Program-made: the position numbers and the translations under genes | DNA from: Bacilli bacterium | GTDB taxonomy: Bacteria > Bacillota_I > Bacilli_A > RF39 > UBA660 | Direction: 5' to 3' | Length of the DNA: 64,000 nt | Assembly: GCA_017626405.1 (NCBI GenBank) | Contig: JAGAIS010000002.1 | Span: forward strand, 62,189 to 126,188 | Notes under the pieces: model-generated | Told to the model about the DNA's origin: nothing | Seen by the model: only the letters and a program-made list of their open reading frames with translations | Database searches by the model: none | Part shown: piece by piece, positions 56,052 through 63,496 of the stretch | How positions within the stretch are numbered: position 1 is the first letter of the stretch | Layout of the letters: the number at the start of each line of letters is the position of its first letter

Positions 56052-57531
56052 AGAAGAAAAAAAATTGAAGCGTGAACAGCAAAAAGCAGAGATGAAAAAG
56101 GTAAAAAAACTAAATAAGAGTACTAAGGTAGTTTTAATTTTTTCAATTGTCATGCTATTACTTATGTTAATAAATAATGTATTTATGTATTTTAACGAAG
56201 ATTATGCACTTTTTCATATTAATCATATAACAAATAGTGTAAATGGAATTATCTTTTATCTATCGAGTTTTGTTGATTATGGTTCCTATATATTTTTAAT
56301 TCTAATTTTACTTGTATTCTTTATCTTAGCAATTATTGAATCAGTTATCGTTAGTTTAAGATTGAGTATTGAATATAGAAATAAAATATATAATCGAATA
56401 GAAAAAATAAATATTATTTATATTTTAGTAATATTTTCCTACTTAATAATCAACTGTTATTATTTGCATTTGCCAAATATAGATAATATTCTTTTTGAAA
56501 GCACTAAAAATAAGACATATACTAAAGAAGATTTAATTGAATTAAATGAATATTTAAAAAATAAAGTGCTTGAGTATGGGAAATTACAGAAAAGAGAAAA
56601 CGGAAGTGTCAATTTCGATGGAGACATCAATAAGCAAGTAATAAAAGATTTACATAATATCGATAATGAAATCACATTACTAAAGGGATTATATCCTAAC
56701 AAAAGTGCAGATTTAAATGATACATTAAAAGGTATAGTTGGCTCATCTACTTATGGTTTGACTCATTTTTATAGTACTTATTTTGACTATAGTAAAGAAC
56801 CTGTAATAATTATGAATACAATAGCTCATGAGTATACTCATACTAAGGGTATAATAAGAGAAAATGAAACAGTATTTGTCTCGAGTTTAGCCGGAATTAA
56901 AAGTGATAATATCGTATCAAATTATGCAGGATATCTAGAGGCTTTCTCGAGAGTAAATTATGCACTCTATGAAATAGAAAAAGAAATATCTAATGATACG
57001 GAAGATGAGATAGTTTCTAAGTGTCTAACATCTAATTATAATGAATTATGCAATTTATATACGAAGAATAATGGAGAATATATAAATGGCTCAAAGAATC
57101 TATATGTATCATCATATTATTTGAAAAACTATATTGGCTATGAAAAAGAATTAGAAAGTTCTCTAAACATACTTACAAGTGATGGAGGTAAACTAACGAT
57201 AGATGATAAAGAAGTTACAGTTCAAGATATAATTAATTCTATCGATGAGAATAACGATAAGCATTTCCTTTTCCTAAAGGAAATAAATAAGAAAAGTTAT
57301 AATAAAATAAAAGAGTCATTAAAGAATGATAAATTATATAAATCTATATATCAGCAAAATGATATAACAGAAGATAGTAAATATAAGAAAGATATTGAAA
57401 AATACTATCTTGCTCCATTTGAAAATTATGATTCACTTTTCTTAAATTCTAAAGTTTCAAGTATTGATTATACATATGAAAGATCAGCAAGATTATTCTT
57501 AGAGTATTATGATATAAATGGTTATAAATAA
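56035..57531 (+). CDS. membrane protein with HExxH zinc-metalloprotease-like motif
   Basis: Basic N-terminus, three TM helices, IAHEYTHTKG (HExxH). Confidence 0.6.
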   Translation: MSKMTKEEKKLKREQQKAEMKKVKKLNKSTKVVLIFSIVMLLLMLINNVFMYFNEDYALFHINHITNSVNGIIFYLSSFVDYGSYIFLILILLVFFILAIIESVIVSLRLSIEYRNKIYNRIEKINIIYILVIFSYLIINCYYLHLPNIDNILFESTKNKTYTKEDLIELNEYLKNKVLEYGKLQKRENGSVNFDGDINKQVIKDLHNIDNEITLLKGLYPNKSADLNDTLKGIVGSSTYGLTHFYSTYFDYSKEPVIIMNTIAHEYTHTKGIIRENETVFVSSLAGIKSDNIVSNYAGYLEAFSRVNYALYEIEKEISNDTEDEIVSKCLTSNYNELCNLYTKNNGEYINGSKNLYVSSYYLKNYIGYEKELESSLNILTSDGGKLTIDDKEVTVQDIINSIDENNDKHFLFLKEINKKSYNKIKESLKNDKLYKSIYQQNDITEDSKYKKDIEKYYLAPFENYDSLFLNSKVSSIDYTYERSARLFLEYYDINGYK

Positions 57532-57565
57532 TAAATGGGAAAAAACATTTGAGAGGATTGATTAG

Positions 57566-58321
57566 ATGTATATTGATGAAAATACTATTAAAGAATTGAT
57601 TTTGGAAAGAGATAAACTTATTAATGAAATAAAGGAATATGAAAGTGCAAATCCTGATTATAATAAAGTAAATTATCGATATAAGATGATGAATGAAGAA
57701 CTTATTTCATTAACTAAAGGAATAAATTCTCTTCTCTTAAATTTGCAATTTTCGTATTCTAGATACAATATTCACACTTCGAATTATCCTAAAGATTATA
57801 TTGTTTTCGACACAGAGACAACAGGATTAGATCCTAATAGTAACGAAATAATAGAATATTCGTTTTTAAAGTATGTTGATAATAAACTAGTAGATAAATT
57901 ATCGTCATTAGTAAAACCTAGTGTACCAATTCCTGAGTTTATTACGAACATCACTCATATTAGCAATGATTCTGTCGAAGATGCTTTGCCAATCGATGAA
58001 CATTTAGCTAAAATTATTGAATTTATAAATGGACAAGTAATAATAGGCCATAATATATTATTTGATATAAAATTTCTCGAAAGTACGATAAAACGCTCTT
58101 CTTTGGAATTGAATAGAGTAAAAATAGAATATATTGATACAGTATCGTTAGCTAGGAAATATATTCCTGACGCACCAAATCACAAACTTGAAACGTTAAA
58201 GAATTATTTGAATATCGATAGTATATCACATCGTTCAGAAAGTGATTGCGAAGTTACACAAATTGTCTATATGAAATGTGTTGAAAAAGCAAATGAAGAA
58301 ATAGCAAATGCTCTTCAATAA
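57566..58321 (+). CDS. DEDDh 3'-5' exonuclease (DnaQ/epsilon-like domain)
   Basis: IVFDTETTGLD (Exo I), GHNILFDIKFL (Exo II), HRSESDC (Exo III, H-x4-D). Confidence 0.8.
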   Translation: MYIDENTIKELILERDKLINEIKEYESANPDYNKVNYRYKMMNEELISLTKGINSLLLNLQFSYSRYNIHTSNYPKDYIVFDTETTGLDPNSNEIIEYSFLKYVDNKLVDKLSSLVKPSVPIPEFITNITHISNDSVEDALPIDEHLAKIIEFINGQVIIGHNILFDIKFLESTIKRSSLELNRVKIEYIDTVSLARKYIPDAPNHKLETLKNYLNIDSISHRSESDCEVTQIVYMKCVEKANEEIANALQ

Positions 58322-58332
58322 TGGAGATTTTT

Positions 58333-59022
58333 ATGGAAAAAATTGAAAAAAAAGACATATTTGTACTTTCATTGTGTGCTTTAGTATCTATTGCATCGGG
58401 AATAATATCTAATGACATCCTAGTTGGTGGAATAATTCTATTTACAGCTTTAGCTAATTCTTATTATGGAGGTAAGGGTAATAGAATTACTTATATCTTT
58501 GGAACAGTAAATTGTTTGCTATATAGTTATGTTGGTTTTAAAAATGGTTTATTTGGAGCATTTTCATTTTATTTATTAATTTTCTTGCCTATGCAATTTA
58601 TTGGCTTTATTAATTGGGGGAAGAATAAAAACAATAATAACGATGTGATTGTTCGTGATTTTACTTTGAAAAATTCAATTATTGTTGTATCTTCATGTGT
58701 AGTTGGAAGTTTTCTACTAGCTTTTCTACTAGATTTGATTCCTAATCAACAATTGGCTATTTTAGATTCCGCATCCAATATTTTAAATATATGTGCGAAT
58801 ATCTTGATGATACTAAGATTTAAAGAATGTTGGTGGATATGGATATTTAATAATATAATAGATTTAAGTATATGGACAGTTTTATTAATTAATGGTGGAG
58901 TCAGTAGTATGATGATGTTCCTTGTATCTTTAGGATATCTTTTATTAAATATTTATGGAATCGTAAAATGGGAGATTGAAGCGAGAAAGAATAGGAAGAC
59001 TATAGAATTAAATAAAAGATGA
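58333..59022 (+). CDS. pnuC: nicotinamide riboside transporter PnuC
   Basis: About 7 TM helices; CWWIWIFNNIIDLSIW motif characteristic of PnuC. ATG 58333 has a GGAG RBS; 58321 has none. Confidence 0.8.
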   Translation: MEKIEKKDIFVLSLCALVSIASGIISNDILVGGIILFTALANSYYGGKGNRITYIFGTVNCLLYSYVGFKNGLFGAFSFYLLIFLPMQFIGFINWGKNKNNNNDVIVRDFTLKNSIIVVSSCVVGSFLLAFLLDLIPNQQLAILDSASNILNICANILMILRFKECWWIWIFNNIIDLSIWTVLLINGGVSSMMMFLVSLGYLLLNIYGIVKWEIEARKNRKTIELNKR

Positions 59023-59042
59023 CAATTATATATTTTAACAAC

Positions 59043-59076
59043 AAAAAAATAATCTATTTCTAGATTATTTTTTTTA
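59043..59076. terminator. bidirectional rho-independent terminator
   Basis: AATAATCTA-TTTC-TAGATTATT stem flanked by an A-run and T-run, between convergent pnuC and the ATPase gene. Confidence 0.7.
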
Positions 59077-59201
59077 TCAATACTCGAAAAGTTCGAGTAG
59101 ATTTCAAAATGGGGCGATAACAAAGGTTATCTGAAACCCTAAAGTAAAAGTTGATAAACAACTAATTTCTATACACATTATAGCATACTTTTTTTATTAA
59201 T

Positions 59202-61325
59202 TCACATTTTTTTAATCATTTCATATAAATTTATTAATTCGTCATCACTCATATCAATTATCGGCTCATACATAAACGCATTAACATGAATATTTTCTGA
59301 TACCATAATTCTTACTTTTTCAGATATACTTTTTTCTTCATATGTAAGTAAATTATTATTAACACAGTAATCAATTAATTCATATGTCTGATTGCTTGTG
59401 AAACCATTAACTACATTCCAATCATTAAATTTATTAAATAATTTCTTTTCAAATAACAATCTTATAGCTATCGATAGAATTAATTTATTATGTAATTCTA
59501 TTTCAGTAGTTCCTTGTCGTATATTATCTGTAACGTCAAATAGTAAATCTATAAATTTAGAGTCTTTAAGATTAGAACTTGTATTAATATGAGTTTTAAA
59601 TATATCATTTATTTGTAAAGTTGTTATTGTTTCTGTATTTTTCTTATAATGCAAACAACTTGTAAGAAGTAAATAATCATTATCCTGATTTCCATTAGTC
59701 ATTTCTATTATATTTCTCGTAAATGGAATAGATGCTATGAAGTATTTAGAATCATTAATTCTATCTTTGAATGATGTAAATACATTTCTAGTGAAATGAA
59801 AATCAATTAAATTAATTTCATTCTCTTTTATAACTGATAATTTTTTTACATGTAATCTATTAGCACATGCTCTGTAGAAGTCAAAATTATGTGTCAAAAT
59901 TACTAAATGGAATGTACTATTATTATTCAACTCCTTCAATAATTCTATTATTGCATATTTGTTTTTATAATCAAACGAATCTGCTATATCATCTAAAACA
60001 AATATTGTTTCTATGTTATTTTCTTTTCTATATTGTATTTCAAATATAAGATTAAGTATATTAAATGCTTTTCTTTCACCTTTACTTAAATTATCTTTTA
60101 ATAAATTTTTATCTACATTTTCATTAACATCATATTTGTCTTTAAACTTATAGTTCAAGGAGCATGCACTATTTTTTAATATAATATCACTTATATTATT
60201 AACTTCTAATTCAAATGGCATATTTATAAATTTGTCGTTAAATTCAGTTATGGCATTATTCCATTTTTTGTAATTGTCTAAATCAGTAGTTTTATCAATA
60301 ATTTCTTTTAATACTTTACTATTTAAATTATAGTTATTTATGTAGTTTTCAATTGCATTTTTAATATCACTTGTACTTAATACATAATGCCAGTATTCTT
60401 TTTTTAATGTATTTAAGTCTTTAATCATAGGAATAATCCATTGATTTTTTGATAAAAAAGTATTTAACTCTTGAGATTTAATTTTTCCAGTCAAAACTTC
60501 ATTTGCCTTTTTAACATTTTTATCTATACTTAATTGATTATCTAAATCTTCAATTAAATCCGTGATTGTTTTTTCATTATAATCATAGAATTTTTCTTTT
60601 TGTTTAATACTCTTAAACTTTAATAAATGTCCTGGTTCAAAATAATTATTTGAAGATAAACTTTTTATGATAGTCTTTAAATTATATAATTCGAAAACAT
60701 CTTTTATAAAAATATCATTGTTTTCAATTATTTCATTACATATTTTAATATAATTATCAACAGTCTCAATAATATCTTTTTGCCCAAATATTTTTAAATT
60801 ATCATCAGTAAATAATTTATTATATTTAATATCTTTAAAACTTTCATTGGCGTCATCTGAATTTAATAAATCAGTTTGTATGTCATTTAAATTAGAAATT
60901 TTTAAATCAAATAAGACAGTTTGTAGTTCAACACCTGAAAGTGATTTTATTTTTTTATTTATATCCTTATAATTTTTTTCCAATGAAGAATATACTTGAT
61001 CATATTCTTTTTTTAAAGATGGATTGACTAACAATGACGTCATTTCTTCATTAGCTATTTCATAGTCATCACTATCGATCACAACCAAACCATTAGTATC
61101 TAATGGGCTATCATCTTCAATAATAATATTTCTAATCGTTGTTCTTTTAGGAAAATATACATCAGAACTATCAATTCCTTCTTTATACTCTTTCATAGTT
61201 TTTGAAAAACTTGTCTTCATTGAACCATTTGGTGCATAAATTAAATAATCATTATTTAAATCAAAATTATATTTTAATTTATTTATACCATGACAATATT
61301 CTAAATCTAGTTTTAGTTCTTTCAT
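59202..61325 (-). CDS. AAA_13-type (PrrC/RloC-like) ABC ATPase with long helical insertion and uncharacterised C-terminal domain
   Basis: LIYAPNGSMKTSFSK (Walker A-like), LSKGERKAFNILNLIF (ABC signature-like LSxGE), IFVLDDIADSFD (Walker B/D-loop), VILTHNFDFY (H-loop). About 300 aa lie between Walker A and the signature. Strong GGGAGGAG RBS. Confidence 0.75.
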   Translation of the reverse strand: MKELKLDLEYCHGINKLKYNFDLNNDYLIYAPNGSMKTSFSKTMKEYKEGIDSSDVYFPKRTTIRNIIIEDDSPLDTNGLVVIDSDDYEIANEEMTSLLVNPSLKKEYDQVYSSLEKNYKDINKKIKSLSGVELQTVLFDLKISNLNDIQTDLLNSDDANESFKDIKYNKLFTDDNLKIFGQKDIIETVDNYIKICNEIIENNDIFIKDVFELYNLKTIIKSLSSNNYFEPGHLLKFKSIKQKEKFYDYNEKTITDLIEDLDNQLSIDKNVKKANEVLTGKIKSQELNTFLSKNQWIIPMIKDLNTLKKEYWHYVLSTSDIKNAIENYINNYNLNSKVLKEIIDKTTDLDNYKKWNNAITEFNDKFINMPFELEVNNISDIILKNSACSLNYKFKDKYDVNENVDKNLLKDNLSKGERKAFNILNLIFEIQYRKENNIETIFVLDDIADSFDYKNKYAIIELLKELNNNSTFHLVILTHNFDFYRACANRLHVKKLSVIKENEINLIDFHFTRNVFTSFKDRINDSKYFIASIPFTRNIIEMTNGNQDNDYLLLTSCLHYKKNTETITTLQINDIFKTHINTSSNLKDSKFIDLLFDVTDNIRQGTTEIELHNKLILSIAIRLLFEKKLFNKFNDWNVVNGFTSNQTYELIDYCVNNNLLTYEEKSISEKVRIMVSENIHVNAFMYEPIIDMSDDELINLYEMIKKM

Positions 61326-61367
61326 TTTATCACTCCTCCCACATCTAGAAAGTTCCTAACTACTGCC

Positions 61368-61396
61368 ATTTTATAAGTTTAAAACTATAAAGTCAA
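61368..61396 (-). promoter_or_regulatory. candidate sigmaA promoter of the ATPase gene (TTGACT-17-TAAAAT on minus strand)
   Basis: Reverse complement of 61391-61396 is TTGACT and of 61368-61373 is TAAAAT, with a 17-nt spacer. Confidence 0.45.
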
Positions 61397-61402
61397 TAGT
61401 TT

Positions 61403-61429
61403 TTAGCACTTATTTTTTAAGAGTGCTAA
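61403..61429. promoter_or_regulatory. CIRCE (HrcA operator) in the leader/promoter region of the PrrC/RloC-like ATPase gene
   Basis: The minus strand reads TTAGCACTC-N9-AAGTGCTAA (17/18 to consensus TTAGCACTC-N9-GAGTGCTAA). Lies 78-104 nt upstream of the ATG at 61325. Confidence 0.7.
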
Positions 61430-61488
61430 ATTATATTTATATATATTATGTATAATATATATAATTATAAAATTTTTAAATTTTTTTC

Positions 61489-61524
61489 AAAAAAAAAATA
61501 TGCTATTAAAAATAATTAGCATAT
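61489..61524 (-). terminator. rho-independent terminator after the XRE gene (minus strand)
   Basis: ATATGCTA...TAGCATAT 8-bp stem, followed on the minus strand by a T-run (A-run 61491-61498 on plus). Confidence 0.6.
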
Positions 61525-61527
61525 TTT

Positions 61528-61767
61528 TTAGTTAGAATCATCAAATAATTGTCTTATGTCTATTTCTAAAGCATCAGCAAATTTTCCTATTGTTTCTAAT
61601 AATGGTGTTTTATCTATTGATAAGCATTCTAAATCTCTAACATAACCATGAGTAAGTCCAGTTAAATCTGCAAGTTCTTGAAGTGTGTACTTTCTCATTA
61701 AGCGATATTTCTTTATATTTTTTCTAACAATTAATGATAATTGTTCTTTAGAATATCTACTAGTCAA
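61528..61767 (-). CDS. XRE-family helix-turn-helix transcriptional regulator
   Basis: IKKYRLMRKYTLQELADLTGLTHGYVRDLE HTH_3-type motif, 79 aa, TTG start after GAGGAAGTGAGG. Confidence 0.85.
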   Translation of the reverse strand: MTSRYSKEQLSLIVRKNIKKYRLMRKYTLQELADLTGLTHGYVRDLECLSIDKTPLLETIGKFADALEIDIRQLFDDSN

Positions 61768-61876
61768 AGTACCTCACTTCCTCTCTTGTAAAATTATTTC
61801 ATAAAGATTTTGAAAAATATGTCGTCTGTGTGAAGTTTTTATGATATAATTAAAATTGAAAGGAGATAAGGTTTAT

Positions 61877-62494
61877 ATGAAGACTAAAAAATGTAAACAT
61901 TGCCAAGAAGAAATTGCAAAAAGTGCAAAGAGATGTCCTAAATGTGGTGGAAAATTAGGAATGCCAGGTTGGGCTAAAGCTTTAATTATAGTTGTAATTA
62001 TATTTGGTTGTATCGTTGGATGTGTTAATGGTTGTTCAAATGCAGTAAATGATGCTGTTGAAGATACTAAAAATTCTTATAAAGATATAAATGGAAAAAC
62101 TTCATTTAAAGTAAATGAAACTTTCCAAAACAAATATGAAAAAATAACTATGACTGAAGTAAATACTAATGTCACTGATTATAGCGAATATCTAGGACCA
62201 AAAGATGGCAATAAAATCATTGCATTAAAATTTGAAGTTGAAAATATTAATGAAGAGAATGATGAATTATATGTTAGTAGTATGAGTTTTAATGCCTATG
62301 CTGATGGTGAAGCTGTTGATTCATATATGTATGGAAGTGATAAATATAAAGACTTATCAGCAACACTTGGAAAAGGAAAGAAAGCTGTAGGTTATGTATT
62401 ATATGAAGTTCCTAAAAATGCTCAAAAGATAACTGTTGAGTATAATGCAGATTTCTGGACTGATGGTAATGCTATCGAATTTGTAGTTCAATAG
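61877..62494 (+). CDS. zinc-ribbon / single-TM / DUF4352-like extracellular domain protein
   Basis: CKHCQEEI...CPKCGG zinc ribbon, TM helix ALIIVVIIFGCIVGCV. The C-terminal beta-rich domain (KFEVENINEEN...GYVLYEVPKNAQKITVEY) resembles DUF4352. AAGGAG RBS before ATG 61877. Confidence 0.7.
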   Translation: MKTKKCKHCQEEIAKSAKRCPKCGGKLGMPGWAKALIIVVIIFGCIVGCVNGCSNAVNDAVEDTKNSYKDINGKTSFKVNETFQNKYEKITMTEVNTNVTDYSEYLGPKDGNKIIALKFEVENINEENDELYVSSMSFNAYADGEAVDSYMYGSDKYKDLSATLGKGKKAVGYVLYEVPKNAQKITVEYNADFWTDGNAIEFVVQ

Positions 62495-62551
62495 AAGTAA
62501 AAAACTGGCTAATTTATAGTCAGTTTTATATTGAATAAATATATATAAAGC

Positions 62552-62578
62552 AAAAGGAAGAGATAAACTCTTCCTTTT
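62552..62578. terminator. bidirectional rho-independent terminator
   Basis: AAAAGGAAGAG-ATAAA-CTCTTCCTTTT perfect 11-bp stem, between convergent genes. Confidence 0.7.
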
Positions 62579-62650
62579 GAAAAACTTCTACCAAGTGTAT
62601 AAATACACCTGCAACAATCTAAAGTACCTTAATTATACCATTTTAAATGG

Positions 62651-63466
62651 TTAAGTCAACACTTTTTCACGATTTTCTTTAGATTTATTATAAATAGTAT
62701 TTTGCTTTCTGATAGTTCTATTTGTTTCTTTTATTTCTTCAAAAGCATAATACTTCTTTATTATTTTTAATATAGCATCATTATCTTTTTTAGTAATAGT
62801 TGCTATTTTATTATTTATATAATATGGTTCTCTAATTCTATTAGAACTTATGTTAATTAAGTTTTCTAATCTCGCAGTTCCTAGTTTTTCATCTAATAAA
62901 TCATAATGAAAATAATAATTATCATCTTTATGTTTTGAAGTAAGTGGTATAGCAGTCCACATTTTTTTATTTGATGCACTTCTCCATAATATTGCTGGTC
63001 TTAACTTTCTTAATTCACTACCAATATTATAACCTAAATCTACCCAATATATTGCTCCAACTTTTAAATTAGTAGTATCATCAGTATTTTTATTTATTAA
63101 TTCTAATTTATCTTTACACCATTTATTATATGATATGCCATCCGGATCATTATTTGTATTATCTTTGACATAGTTTAAAAAACTAATTTTAGATTTTAAT
63201 AAAATATCATCAAATTCTTTATTAGTTATTTTAATAGGTTTACCTTTAATATAAACACATCTTTTAATATTGGAACGATTATAATCAGTTATTTCATCAA
63301 ATACCACATATTTATTAATAGATTTTAAATGAATACTATTTTCTTTTTCTTCATTATAAACAGGTACTCCAACATAATGATTTTGTGATATATCATAAAG
63401 AATCAAAATCCATTGTTTATTATCATTTAAATTAAATTCATATATTTGTTTCCAATTTATAGTAAG
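62651..63466 (-). CDS. oversized PemK/MazF-like protein (intact C-terminal toxin-like domain, degenerate N-terminal copy)
   Basis: VGAIYWVDLGYNIGSELRKLRPAILWRS...WTAIPLTSK matches the PemK/MazF core pattern (GdIywvdf...GsE..k.RPaliv...v.piTs). ATG 63466 follows a GGTGA RBS. Confidence 0.65.
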   Translation of the reverse strand, partial: LTINWKQIYEFNLNDNKQWILILYDISQNHYVGVPVYNEEKENSIHLKSINKYVVFDEITDYNRSNIKRCVYIKGKPIKITNKEFDDILLKSKISFLNYVKDNTNNDPDGISYNKWCKDKLELINKNTDDTTNLKVGAIYWVDLGYNIGSELRKLRPAILWRSASNKKMWTAIPLTSKHKDDNYYFHYDLLDEKLGTARLENLINISSNRIREPYYINNKIATITKKDNDAILKIIKKYYAFEEIKETNRTIRKQNTIYNKSKENREKVLT

Positions 63467-63496
63467 CATATTTATCACCAACTTTCTTTATTTTAA

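Noticed and set aside
58300-58340. NAD-related (pnuC-motif) riboswitch upstream of pnuC
   Set aside because: pnuC directly abuts the exonuclease gene, with stop and start adjacent, so no leader exists.
59081-59099. Perfect 8-bp hairpin TACTCGAA-N3-TTCGAGTA as an att or recombination site marking the island border
   Set aside because: No matching direct repeat or recombinase gene is visible in the window. It is kept only as part of the structured-region finding.
59202-61325. Calling the 707-aa ATPase RloC, or an SMC/Rad50 or OLD-family nuclease
   Set aside because: The insertion has no CxxC zinc hook (RloC, Rad50). There is no TOPRIM-like DxD/E motif in the C-terminus (OLD/Gabija), and no partner genes typical of Lamassu, Septu or PARIS. 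Only the broader AAA_13 PrrC/RloC-like description is supported.
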